IMG/VR virus record: IMGVR_UViG_3300033070_001154
Span: 9,440 to 73,439 of that record
Direction: 5' to 3' (one strand)
From: a virus
Taxonomy: Duplodnaviria > Caudoviricetes
Length of the DNA: 64,000 nucleotides
Shown here piece after piece: positions 18,042 to 26,827 of this stretch; position 1 is the stretch's first letter; each line of letters opens with the position of its first letter. The translations under genes and the position numbers were made by a program. The notes under the pieces were generated by a model, which saw only the letters and a program-made list of their open reading frames with translations, did no database searches and was not told the DNA's origin.

Positions 18042-18705
18042 AGTTCTCCATGATGCCGTCCCACTCCTCCGGGAGGAGACGCAGTTGAATCCTCTGACCC
18101 TTCACCTTGCGCCCCGAGTGAACCAGGGCGAGCGTGACAACCTTCTCTGGCGTCTTTGAACGCGCCTCGAACTGGATCCTGTTCTCCCTGCGGAAGAACC
18201 GATGGTAGGCCTCGGTGATCTCCTCCTCCCCGACCACCCTGCGGGCACCCTTGCACCCCCAGCGCTTGTTCTGAAGATGTACCTGCTCCACCCTCGCGAT
18301 GGTGAGAAGCGTCGGGTAGGAAACCCCGAGCACCCCGCAGGCCTTCAACAGCGAAAGCTGCCCGTGGAACCTCGGCCCCAGCTTCATCACCTGGGTTGCC
18401 TGATGTTCGATGGCGATCAGGGTACGACCCTTGAGCTGCGCCTTGAGCAGCTTCATGGAGCGCTCCTGCCAACCCTCTCGGAGGATCTTCTCCTCCTCCC
18501 TGGTCCAGGTCGGCCAGACCTTGCGCTTGCCCGGGATCTTCATCAGGCAGGCCTTGCGCTGTACCGCCGCCGGAGTCCTGATCAGCTCACCGTCCGACCC
18601 CCTCCCGAACCTCAGGGAGGTCTTCACGATCCCCAGCTTCGGGTACCACTTCTTGAGGTTCTCCTTGTCCTCAGGAGACCAGGGACGCCCCCGGATACAC
18701 CCCAT
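17866..18705 (-). CDS. Myb/SANT-like repeat DNA-binding protein
   Basis: Two repeats WSPEDKENLKKWY..RTPAAVQRKA and WTREEEKILREGW..RTLIAIEHQA, then HTH-like segment; last ~58 codons overlap next gene. Confidence 0.55.
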   Translation of the reverse strand: MGCIRGRPWSPEDKENLKKWYPKLGIVKTSLRFGRGSDGELIRTPAAVQRKACLMKIPGKRKVWPTWTREEEKILREGWQERSMKLLKAQLKGRTLIAIEHQATQVMKLGPRFHGQLSLLKACGVLGVSYPTLLTIARVEQVHLQNKRWGCKGARRVVGEEEITEAYHRFFRRENRIQFEARSKTPEKVVTLALVHSGRKVKGQRIQLRLLPEEWDGIMENYERSRAGDGVQRGPGPGAGIQHGDGAPDQAGRGGGIRQGADRQAGEWVRRAQGTGGGR

Positions 18706-18708
18706 GAC

Positions 18709-19083
18709 TCAGCCGGAGCTCGGGAGGAGCAGGAAGCTGCCCAGGGGGATGACCTGGTGGAGCGAACCCGCAGCCGGGGTGAACCACAGATCCCACTGGT
18801 AGCTCCCAGCCGGGATGGAAGCCGGGACGGCGAGATCCAGCAGCGTCTCCCGCTGCCCTACCGTCCCCAGGGTCTCGTCCCGGAAGATCACCCTGCCGCC
18901 CACCGGATGCGTCATCCGGAAGGTGAAGGTCCCGCCCCCCGGGTCCTGCACCGTCCCGTCGTCCGAGGCCAGGCTCACCTGGAGCCTCACCGACTCCCCG
19001 TGAGGAGTCGAGAGCGTCACCGCGTTGGCCGACGCCAGCCCCAGGCCCGTCAGCCGAATCACTGCATTCAATCGCTTGATCAT
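18709..19083 (-). CDS. BppU N-terminal/Ig-like domain protein
   Basis: TPHGESVRLQVSL, SIPAGSYQWDLWF..IPLGSFLLLP pattern resembles BppU-like beta-sandwich. Confidence 0.45.
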   Translation of the reverse strand: MIKRLNAVIRLTGLGLASANAVTLSTPHGESVRLQVSLASDDGTVQDPGGGTFTFRMTHPVGGRVIFRDETLGTVGQRETLLDLAVPASIPAGSYQWDLWFTPAAGSLHQVIPLGSFLLLPSSG

Positions 19084-19087
19084 CTGC

Positions 19088-19582
19088 TCAGTGTCTCCAT
19101 TCAGAAGGCGGCTTCGCGCCCCGGTTCTTCTCTCCGACCCTGCGATTGTGCCATCGCTTGCGACCCTCCTGACGCTCGCCAGGTAGAAGATCGCGCTCGA
19201 TGCCGGCCCTGATCCTTCTGTCCACCTCCTCGTCCCAGTTGGAAGAGTCGATCCATGCCTCGTACTCGCACGCCCCCCGGTGACGGTTGCACTCGAAGCA
19301 GCTGGTCACCAGGTTCCGGGGATGATGAGTCCCGCCCCTGCTCACAGGCAGAAGGTGGTCCAGACACGCCCGACGATTCCCGTGCTGCCCGAACAGCCAC
19401 ACGGTCCTGTTGCACCAGAGACAGCGCATCCTGCCCGTCTTGGGGTTGCGGTCCCGGAAGTAGATCGCCATCCGGGTCGAGCCACGGATCCAGTTCATCC
19501 CGTGGTACCCGGAGCCGAGGCCCCTGGCAGCCATTACTTGTTCTCCCATCGAGACCTTGGCCAGGGTTTCTTTCCGCCTCAT
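19088..19582 (-). CDS. HNH endonuclease
   Basis: CLWC..LDHLLPVSRGGTHHPRNLVTSCFECN. Confidence 0.85.
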   Translation of the reverse strand: MRRKETLAKVSMGEQVMAARGLGSGYHGMNWIRGSTRMAIYFRDRNPKTGRMRCLWCNRTVWLFGQHGNRRACLDHLLPVSRGGTHHPRNLVTSCFECNRHRGACEYEAWIDSSNWDEEVDRRIRAGIERDLLPGERQEGRKRWHNRRVGEKNRGAKPPSEWRH

Positions 19583-19866
19583 GTCACTCCCCCGCCAGTG
19601 ATCTTGTACATCAGCTTTGCCAGCACGATCTCTGGAGTCTCCCCGACCACGACACCCGTGTAGGGGAGAGCAGGGAGCCCTATAGCCGAGAGCGTCAGCT
19701 TGCCCCGGATCTGCATTCCTCCATGCCCGGTGTTGGAGGGATAGAGACGTATGAGGATCCGGGTATCGTTCCCGCGCTTGCCCCGGAGACGACACATGGC
19801 GTGCCACAGAGCGGTCAGCCCTGGCTCATAGAGGATCTCAAGCTCACGGAAGTTCGTAGTCGACAT
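19579..19866 (-). CDS. Hypothetical protein
   Basis: 95 aa; similar ending to neighbour (VVGETPEIVLAKL vs VEGETPDDAMEKM). Confidence 0.55.
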   Translation of the reverse strand: MSTTNFRELEILYEPGLTALWHAMCRLRGKRGNDTRILIRLYPSNTGHGGMQIRGKLTLSAIGLPALPYTGVVVGETPEIVLAKLMYKITGGGVT

Positions 19867-20173
19867 CCAGAACCTTCCTGATCATCTTCTCCATGGCATC
19901 GTCGGGAGTCTCCCCCTCGACCACCAGGGTGAACTTGTGGTTGAGGAGCCAGTCCAGACGGAGTGTGCACTTCCGTCTGTGCTTCACCCAGTAGAGCCTG
20001 TGGAGAATCTTGGAGGGCCGAAGACGAGGCATGACCGTGGGGAAGTACTCGTGCTTCACGAAGAGCACGTCCTCCGGCTGCCTGAGCCGGCGCTGCTCTA
20101 CAATGCAGCGACAGAGGATGAGGGTACTGATGCCCTTCCAGCAGGAGCGCACCAGGTCCTGCTTCCTGGACAT
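19844..20173 (-). CDS. Hypothetical protein
   Basis: 109 aa ORF in operon. Confidence 0.55.
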   Translation of the reverse strand: MSRKQDLVRSCWKGISTLILCRCIVEQRRLRQPEDVLFVKHEYFPTVMPRLRPSKILHRLYWVKHRRKCTLRLDWLLNHKFTLVVEGETPDDAMEKMIRKVLDVDYELP

Positions 20174-20174
20174 G

Positions 20175-20975
20175 TCACGGGCCCTCGTCTTCTCCCTCGT
20201 CCTCGGAGAGCACCGAGTCCAGGATCATGGGCAGATCCTCCCCGGACTGGAACCAGAGAGGCTCCAGCTCCTCCAGCACCAGGTTCTGTGCCTCCAGCGC
20301 CTCGCGGACCTCACGGGAGATGATCGTCTTCTCCCCCGTCATGGTGAAGGCCACCGGAGAAGCGTTCCCCTCCGCGTCTCGCTGAAGCACCAGGACGATC
20401 TTCACCTTCGGGGCCTTCGGGCCCTTCGGGCCGGGGCCCCCGTCGTTGCCCTCCCGGGGAAGGTCGTCCTCACCTCCGAGCTCAGGAGACGGCTCCTTCA
20501 ACGCCTCCTGAACCGACTTCATGAAGTCCTCGGAGATGCCCGCGTGAAGCCGGAGCTGCTCGGCATCCGCCCCATCCTCCAACATCTGGAGAACCAGGGA
20601 AGCGAACTTCTCGTCCTGTACCTCCGCAGAGACGTTGAAGGAGAACATCCCCATGTCCGCCTTCCGAGGATCCGTACCCTCAGGAAGCAGGATCACAGGA
20701 GCCTCCGTCGCCCCCTTGGCCTCCAGCTCGTCCCGGCGGTGATGCCCGTCCACGATCCCGTACGTCCCGTCCGACTCCTTCACCACCACCAGGAAGCTCT
20801 GGAACCCCAGGCTGTCCGTGCTCGCCCGGAGAGTAGCCTTCTGCTTCTCGTTCATCTTCCGGTAGTTCTCACGCCGGAAAGACAACTCCCCCAAGGGAAC
20901 CGTCCCCACCGTGATGGGATTCAAGCCCCCAGAAACCGTCATGAACTTCGCCCCGGTCGTCGCCTTCTTGGTCAT
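20175..20975 (-). CDS. ParB/Srx N-terminal domain protein
   Basis: GFQSFLVVVKESDGTYGIVDGHHRRDEL ParB-like motif; start ATG 20975 follows GAGG. Confidence 0.75.
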   Translation of the reverse strand: MTKKATTGAKFMTVSGGLNPITVGTVPLGELSFRRENYRKMNEKQKATLRASTDSLGFQSFLVVVKESDGTYGIVDGHHRRDELEAKGATEAPVILLPEGTDPRKADMGMFSFNVSAEVQDEKFASLVLQMLEDGADAEQLRLHAGISEDFMKSVQEALKEPSPELGGEDDLPREGNDGGPGPKGPKAPKVKIVLVLQRDAEGNASPVAFTMTGEKTIISREVREALEAQNLVLEELEPLWFQSGEDLPMILDSVLSEDEGEDEGP

Positions 20976-21220
20976 CCTCAGCTCCTTCTCAGGCCCTTGT
21001 GCCACAATCTTCTCTTCTCCTTCCGTATTCCGGAAAGAGCAAACAACGTACCAACGATCGGCACCCTTCCACGACCCGATGCGCTGGTGAGGTATCGGGT
21101 CGTTGCGTAGCACCCTCGCGGACGCGCTAGAAGGGGTCTGTAGTCGATCGCAACGGACGCAACGACGGATCTACCGTGGATGGTCCGGAGGGGTCTTCAA
21201 TCGGTCATTAGCGACCATCT

Positions 21221-21769
21221 TCATGTCCTTACCGCCCGGGCCATCTCGATGAGCAGGTCCCGGAATGGGACGGGGGTCCTCGCCCTCTCGTGCCGGCCCA
21301 TCTTCTCTACTGAATGTTGCGCCCCGCTCCGGCCCCACTCCAGGGGGACTTCACCGACCCCGACGGTGTAGAGCCAGGTGGGCTTGCGAGCCCTGTGACC
21401 GTAGTGGCCCTGGTCCACACAGCAGGTCAGGCCATACGCATCAGCCTGGATCCAACCACCTGTGGATGGGGGCCGGCGGAGGCCATGAGCATCCCAGGCC
21501 TTGGAATCCTTGGGGTGCTCCAGCACACCTCCGTATCTCCGAACCGAAGCCAGTGCAGAGGCAAAGCAACCTCCATCATCTCCGAGGGTGTGAAGTCCGG
21601 GATGACTCGGACCGCCCTGGAAGTACCGCCCCCAGCGCTGGCATGGAGGATGGCCAACCACGGGGAAGGGCCCGGAGTAGAGTCTGGCATCCCTCTTCGG
21701 CCCCCAGATGTCCACACCTGCAACGCGGGAGTAGACACCAGAAGGCTGGACGAAGAGTGCGGCGATCAT
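21221..21769 (-). CDS. Minimal C5-cytosine methyltransferase-like protein
   Basis: HPPCQ (motif IV), VLEHP (motif VI-like), QGHYGHRARKPTWLY; no clear FxGxG SAM motif. Confidence 0.55.
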   Translation of the reverse strand: MIAALFVQPSGVYSRVAGVDIWGPKRDARLYSGPFPVVGHPPCQRWGRYFQGGPSHPGLHTLGDDGGCFASALASVRRYGGVLEHPKDSKAWDAHGLRRPPSTGGWIQADAYGLTCCVDQGHYGHRARKPTWLYTVGVGEVPLEWGRSGAQHSVEKMGRHERARTPVPFRDLLIEMARAVRT

Positions 21770-22023
21770 CAGTCGCGGAGAAGGAATGCCACGATGTAGG
21801 GATCCAGCTCCCGGATCTCGGACTCGCTCCAGAGCCTGGTCCCAATGGCCCACTTCCTGAACCTCTCCGGGTTCTCGATCACCCAACGATTGTGGAGATA
21901 GCTCACGCCCATTTCTGGTCCGAACAACGGAGTACGCTCCCTGATCTCGCGAGGGACTACACTGTCCCAGTCGCCAGGCCGTAACTCCTTGTCAAAGACG
22001 TTCCAGAGCTCGATCAGGGTCAT
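21769..22023 (-). CDS. Small protein, weak member of the C-terminal-tail family
   Basis: Ends FRKWAIGTRLWSESEIRELDPYIVAFLLRD; start lies in second copy of 46-bp duplication. Confidence 0.55.
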   Translation of the reverse strand: MTLIELWNVFDKELRPGDWDSVVPREIRERTPLFGPEMGVSYLHNRWVIENPERFRKWAIGTRLWSESEIRELDPYIVAFLLRD

Positions 22024-22076
22024 TCCATCACTCCTTGTCAAAGACGTTCCAGAGCTCGATCAGGGTCATTCCATCA
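21985..22076. repeat. Perfect 46-bp tandem duplication
   Basis: CTCCTTGTCAAAGACGTTCCAGAGCTCGATCAGGGTCATTCCATCA at 21985-22030 and 22031-22076. Confidence 0.95.
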
Positions 22077-22317
22077 TCTCCAGAGTGGCCCTGGCTTCGA
22101 GCAGCGCCATCTCCTCCGGCCCCCAGTAGTCCATGACCTCGGCCCACTTGTGGAACTCCACCAGGTTGCCCAGCCTGAAGTGCCCAGCGACGTAGTCCAT
22201 GTACACCCCCCGGTTGTGCACCAGCTTGGTCTTGGGGCCGATCGCATCCATTACTTCCCAGTAGCGGAAGCGATCCATCCCGAGGGACAGCTCCAGCAGG
22301 AAGGCCTGGAGTCTCAC
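22066..22317 (-). CDS. Small protein of the C-terminal-tail family
   Basis: GTGA-coupled to Rad50-like stop; ends FHKWAEVMDYWGPEEMALLEARATLEMME. Confidence 0.65.
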   Translation of the reverse strand: MRLQAFLLELSLGMDRFRYWEVMDAIGPKTKLVHNRGVYMDYVAGHFRLGNLVEFHKWAEVMDYWGPEEMALLEARATLEMME

Positions 22318-23879
22318 GGGCCCAGCCGGATATGGACGATGTCGGGGCCGAGAGGGAGATCGGGCAGTACGTGACTGACGAGAAGGACCTGCCTGGTTTC
22401 GGAGATGCGACACGCCAGGGACAGTAGCGCTTCCATGCCGGCCTCATCCAGCGTGTCGAAGGCTTCGTCCACGACCAGCGGTGTCTCCAGGGTCAGATTG
22501 CCCGTCCTGGAGGCCACCTCGGACATGGCCAGGGCCATGCTCAGGTCGATCCGGCGCTGCTCTCCGCCCGAGCACTGCGAGTAGCTGGTCGCCCCCGTCC
22601 CCTCGGTCACCAGGTCCAGGCCTGTCTCCCCAGCAGCCCGTAGCTGCACCATGGCCTTGGCAGAGATCAGCCTGAGGTACTCCGTCACCTTGCGATTCAT
22701 CTCCGCAAGGTGGCTCTGGAGATAGACCCTCCTCGACTCCGCCAGGGTCGACACCACCCGCTTCTGCTCCTGATCCTCCGCGGATACGAGCAGCAGCTTC
22801 TCCTGTGCTGTCTTCAGCTCCAGACTGGCCAGGACGTATTCCAGGACCTTGTCCCAGAGCTCGTTCTCCGAGCGCAGGAAGCGCTCATGCAACTGCTCGT
22901 CACGCTCCAGCCGGGACTGGACCTGTGCCAGTTCACGCTGCCTCTGCTGGATCCGCTCCCGTATGGCGTAGAGCCGATCGCGCTCCTTGTAGCCCTCCGT
23001 CCTGGCCAGCGTCATGGCATCCACCGCCACCTTGGCAGCCTGCTCCGCTGCACCCAGCTCCGGGTTGGGGACGTTTCCCCCGCAGGCCTCGCACCGGGCC
23101 GACTCGCGCAGCAGGGTCGCCACCCTACGATTGGCAGCTTCTACATCGGCCACGGTCGCGTCCTCACGCTTCCCAGCCTGGTCGACAGTATCCTGCTGCG
23201 TTAGGACCAGCTGTCGTCCGGCCTCCAACCTGGCGTACAGGTACTCCGCGGTCTGTAGGTCTGCCTCGTGGCGGCTGTGGTCCATCGGGGTACGATCCTG
23301 TGCTAGCAGTACGCACGCCCTGTGGAAGTCGTTTGTGGCGCGATTGATCACAGACGCCGCCAGGTTCTCCCCCACCTTGGCATCGTTGAAGGCCACAGCC
23401 GCCTCCTTCGTCTTGACCTTGGCGCGCTCGATGGCCTGGTCGTAGCGGGCCGCTCCGGTGAGCCGGATCAGATGGTCCCAGCGGTAGGAGGCCGACCCGC
23501 CTGCGAAGGCCCCGACGGTCTTGCCGGAGAGGTGAAGAGACCGGCTCCAGGAGGCGAAGGTCCCGAAGCGGGCCTCCAGCTCGGCCAGTACCTTGGTCTT
23601 CTGCTGCCAGACAGGGTTGCCGTCCAGACGGACACGCTCCCCGGAGGGGGAGACCACCCGCTTGATGGTCCTTCCCCCGGAGAGGAAGACATCCACCTCC
23701 GTGCCGGTGACCAACGGGCCGCCGCGCATGTTCTGGCCCCAGAGGGCCCAGACCAGGGCCCCCAGGCGGGTGGTCTTGCCAGAGCCGTTGGCCCCAGTGA
23801 GGAGGGTCACCCTGGGACCGAGCTTGAGTTCACCCGAGGGCACCCCCAGGAAGTTGGACAGGGTGACCCTCTCGATCAT
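22314..23879 (-). CDS. sbcC: SbcC/Rad50-like (T4 gp46-like) recombination ATPase
   Basis: Walker A GANGSGKT, coiled coil with CEAC zinc hook, signature SGGEQRR, Walker B VVDEAFDTLD. Confidence 0.9.
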   Translation of the reverse strand: MIERVTLSNFLGVPSGELKLGPRVTLLTGANGSGKTTRLGALVWALWGQNMRGGPLVTGTEVDVFLSGGRTIKRVVSPSGERVRLDGNPVWQQKTKVLAELEARFGTFASWSRSLHLSGKTVGAFAGGSASYRWDHLIRLTGAARYDQAIERAKVKTKEAAVAFNDAKVGENLAASVINRATNDFHRACVLLAQDRTPMDHSRHEADLQTAEYLYARLEAGRQLVLTQQDTVDQAGKREDATVADVEAANRRVATLLRESARCEACGGNVPNPELGAAEQAAKVAVDAMTLARTEGYKERDRLYAIRERIQQRQRELAQVQSRLERDEQLHERFLRSENELWDKVLEYVLASLELKTAQEKLLLVSAEDQEQKRVVSTLAESRRVYLQSHLAEMNRKVTEYLRLISAKAMVQLRAAGETGLDLVTEGTGATSYSQCSGGEQRRIDLSMALAMSEVASRTGNLTLETPLVVDEAFDTLDEAGMEALLSLACRISETRQVLLVSHVLPDLPLGPDIVHIRLGP

Positions 23880-24178
23880 GTGGCCTGCTCCAGCAGCCCC
23901 TTGGCGTTGTCACGGATGCGGGCATTGCGGACCGCGACGAGCGCCAGGACACAGGCCTTGTCCTGGATGTCCATGGCGGCGAAGTCCTTGAGCTCCGCAC
24001 GCTTCTTCTCCAGGCGCTCCCAGGTCAGCTGGACCGGCGGGGTCATCTTCAGCCCCTTGAGCTGGTCCAGCAGCTCGTTGATCTCGTCCATGCTGGGATC
24101 GCCCGCTGGAACGTCGTCCAACACCGTGTCGATCACCCCCAGGTCGTACACCATCTCGGTCTTCTTCTCGTCAGCCAT
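23876..24178 (-). CDS. Hypothetical protein
   Basis: MADEKK.. 100 aa between nuclease and ATPase genes; coupled. Confidence 0.6.
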   Translation of the reverse strand: MADEKKTEMVYDLGVIDTVLDDVPAGDPSMDEINELLDQLKGLKMTPPVQLTWERLEKKRAELKDFAAMDIQDKACVLALVAVRNARIRDNAKGLLEQAT

Positions 24179-24180
24179 GA

Positions 24181-25272
24181 TCAACGCTCCCTGATGTGAT
24201 CCAGGCACTGTGCCCAGACCCTCTGTGTTGAATCCTCTGCCAGATCCGCACCACTGCGCTCCAGCACCTCCGCAATCACCTCCTCGGCGCTTGCGAAACC
24301 CTCCTCCGAAGCCTGCTTCCCTGGCTCGGAGTCCACCGCTACCCCCTGCACCCTGTAGCCCTGGATCAGGTTGAGCTCCCGCAGAACCGAGAGCAGCGGA
24401 GCCGACTTCTCGGTCCCGTCCAGATACAAGCCCGCCCCCTGGCTGTTCAAGGCCCTGACCAACAGCTCCTGGATGGTCGAGCCATCGGGCACTTTCTGGA
24501 AGGCCGGCCCCTTCACCCGGAGGCTGTAGTACCTGCTCACACCGTCGTTGAAGCCCACCACCAGTGCCGCTGCGTTGGAGAAGTTCACTGCGCTCCAGTC
24601 CAGATCGGCGTAGCTTCCGATGGCACGGGATTGACTGTCCGGCCTGTGGCGGATCACGGAACGTGCCCCGTGCTCGTGCCCGGAGATCACAAGCTGGCTT
24701 GGTACATCCTGGTTCGCACGGACACCGCGCTTGGCCAGGAAGCGGAAGATGTCCCGCTCCGTGACCTGGTCCGGGCGGGTAGCGGTATCTACCACCCCGT
24801 AGTGCATCACGATCTTGTCTGCCCCCTGGATGGCATACAGAGCCATCTCCAGCGCCTCCAGGGTCGAGTGTGAGATGTACGGGATCATCGCCACCCTCAT
24901 CCCCCCTAGCTCGACCTGCTCCGGATCCTCGTAGACATGGATCCCCTCGATGTGCGCCAGAGGCGCCAGAGCAGATGGAACACCAAAGGCCCCCGCATCG
25001 TGGTTGCCTCGGAGAAGGTGCCAGCGCAGCCCCGAGGCCTTCATCATCCGAATGCAGGCTTCGACAACTGGGGCCGGCGGGCGGCACTGGTCGAAGTAGT
25101 CCCCGACCTGCACCACGTCCGTCACGTCATGCCTGGACACCGCCAGGGCCACCGTGCGCTCCACTGAGGACAACAGCTCCCGACAGCGCCGGTTGACGCC
25201 CCCGACCAGCTCTCCGCCCTCGTAGCGGTGATTGTGAAAGTGAGTGTCACCGAGGAAGAGTACGCTACCCAT
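24181..25272 (-). CDS. sbcD: SbcD/Mre11-like (T4 gp47-like) nuclease
   Basis: Metallophosphoesterase motifs GDTHFH, GDYFD, GNHD, GHEH. Confidence 0.9.
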   Translation of the reverse strand: MGSVLFLGDTHFHNHRYEGGELVGGVNRRCRELLSSVERTVALAVSRHDVTDVVQVGDYFDQCRPPAPVVEACIRMMKASGLRWHLLRGNHDAGAFGVPSALAPLAHIEGIHVYEDPEQVELGGMRVAMIPYISHSTLEALEMALYAIQGADKIVMHYGVVDTATRPDQVTERDIFRFLAKRGVRANQDVPSQLVISGHEHGARSVIRHRPDSQSRAIGSYADLDWSAVNFSNAAALVVGFNDGVSRYYSLRVKGPAFQKVPDGSTIQELLVRALNSQGAGLYLDGTEKSAPLLSVLRELNLIQGYRVQGVAVDSEPGKQASEEGFASAEEVIAEVLERSGADLAEDSTQRVWAQCLDHIRER

Positions 25273-25287
25273 TACAACCCTTCTGCC

Positions 25288-25500
25288 CTACTTGAAGATG
25301 AAACGATGCCTCAGCAGGGCGTGCTCGACGGCGCAGTACATCCGGTGGAAGTGACAGGCACACTCGTAGCAGATGAGCCCCTCGCCCTCCGGCCCGAATG
25401 GCAATGTCCCGGTGGCGAGCTGGTAGATCATGCACAGTCGGGTGTCCGGGTAGTACGCCACGTCGATCTTGGCTGCCTTGCAGGCCTGGCAGATGCTCAC
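25288..25500 (-). CDS. Small Cys-rich hypothetical protein
   Basis: CQAC..CYECACH; GTG start inferred. Confidence 0.45.
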   Translation of the reverse strand: MSICQACKAAKIDVAYYPDTRLCMIYQLATGTLPFGPEGEGLICYECACHFHRMYCAVEHALLRHRFIFK

Positions 25501-25665
25501 AGGCGCACCTTCTCGCTTCCGACGACGATGCACCCCCGCTCCTCCAGACGCCGTAGAACCTGCTGCAACGTGCGGAACGTATGCCAGTAGGCGATATGCA
25601 GGCGCCAACAACCCATACAGAGTCGTGTGATGTACATGGTACCTCAGCTATGTCGGGAGGGAAGG

Positions 25666-25695
25666 CGTGGCACGATCAGGGCGATTCGTGCCACG
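25666..25695 (-). terminator. Stem-loop downstream of SSB gene
   Basis: CGTGGCACGA / TCGTGCCACG 10-bp inverted repeat, 10-nt loop; no clear U-tract. Confidence 0.4.
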
Positions 25696-25741
25696 GTCGG
25701 GGAGGTGGGAGGGTTCGCATGGGATGCGAACACCTATTTCG

Positions 25742-26779
25742 TCAAAAAGGGACGTCGTCGTCGTCACCCGGAACGGTGCCGAACTCCGTCTCCAGGTCCT
25801 GCTGGGCGGTGCGCTGGGGGGCCGGAGCGGCCTGACGGGGAGCCGGGGCCTTGGCGGGGGCGGCGTTGAAGTCGATGAAGGTGTTGACCTTGTCGATGCC
25901 AGCGGCGGCCTCCTCGTGGGTACGCATCCGGAGGAAGATGGAGAGGCCGGCCCGATCGTCCAGGAGCTTCTGGATGGAGGCCTCGTCGTTGGCGATGGGG
26001 ATGAGGTTGGGCACCTCCACCTCGCGGACCTTGCCGCCGATCATGGCCTTCTCCTTGATGGTCACGACGCTCACCGGGTAGGTGGTGTCGAGGTCCACGC
26101 CGGACTTGACGATGCAGATCTCGGGGCCCTCGTTGGGGTCCGTGAGGTTGGGGTTGTCCCTGAGGATCTCCACCAGCCCGCCGACCTGGTTCTTGGTCGT
26201 GCCCTTCCAGATCCCGCCGCCGACCTGGAACACCCGCACCCCGGAGAACTGCTCGGGCACAGGCCCGCCCGCCCAGGACGTGAAGACCACGTTCATGGCG
26301 ATCTGGGTCTTGGCCTTGGAGCCCGCCATCTTCTTGGCGCCGCGGAAGCGGGGGTTGGCCCGGAGGTAGTCCTTCTGCTGCTCCTCGCTCATCTTCTCCA
26401 TGGGCCAGTTGATCTGCTCGTTCAGGGCGCGGATGAAGTCGCACCCCTCGCACTGCTCCTCGCCGTTGCTGTGGCGCCAGAAGCAGTTGAACCCGGCCCA
26501 CTCCCGGTTGCCCTCGTTGAAGAAGAAGTGCTCGTCGAAGCGCACCCAGGGCATCACCATGTCGGACATCGCCGGGAGGATCCGGAAGGTCACCCGGCCC
26601 GAGTTGGGCCTGCCCTCCTGCTCCGTGGGCAGGTCCTTCTGCTTGACCACCAGACCCTTGGTGCTCTTCCCCACGAACTTGGAGCCACCACCCTTCTTGG
26701 CCCCACCCTTGGCAGCGGCGATCTCCGCTTCCAGGGCAGCCGCGTCGATGGGCGCGTTGTTGCTATTGATGTTTCCCAT
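25742..26779 (-). CDS. Single-stranded DNA-binding protein (T4 gp32-like)
   Basis: FRILP..HFF..C..C..C zinc-site layout, acidic C-terminus GDDDDVPF. Confidence 0.8.
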   Translation of the reverse strand: MGNINSNNAPIDAAALEAEIAAAKGGAKKGGGSKFVGKSTKGLVVKQKDLPTEQEGRPNSGRVTFRILPAMSDMVMPWVRFDEHFFFNEGNREWAGFNCFWRHSNGEEQCEGCDFIRALNEQINWPMEKMSEEQQKDYLRANPRFRGAKKMAGSKAKTQIAMNVVFTSWAGGPVPEQFSGVRVFQVGGGIWKGTTKNQVGGLVEILRDNPNLTDPNEGPEICIVKSGVDLDTTYPVSVVTIKEKAMIGGKVREVEVPNLIPIANDEASIQKLLDDRAGLSIFLRMRTHEEAAAGIDKVNTFIDFNAAPAKAPAPRQAAPAPQRTAQQDLETEFGTVPGDDDDVPF

Positions 26780-26827
26780 TGTCCTTAGTCCCTTTCACAT
26801 GGAGCTCTCTGGCTCCGTCCTTCAGAC

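Noticed and set aside
19088-19582. HNH nuclease as a defence or CRISPR effector
   Set aside because: Small free-standing HNH genes are routine in phages (homing or packaging); no array or partner genes
21985-22076. Tandem repeat as a CRISPR array
   Set aside because: Two adjacent identical copies with no spacer and no cas genes
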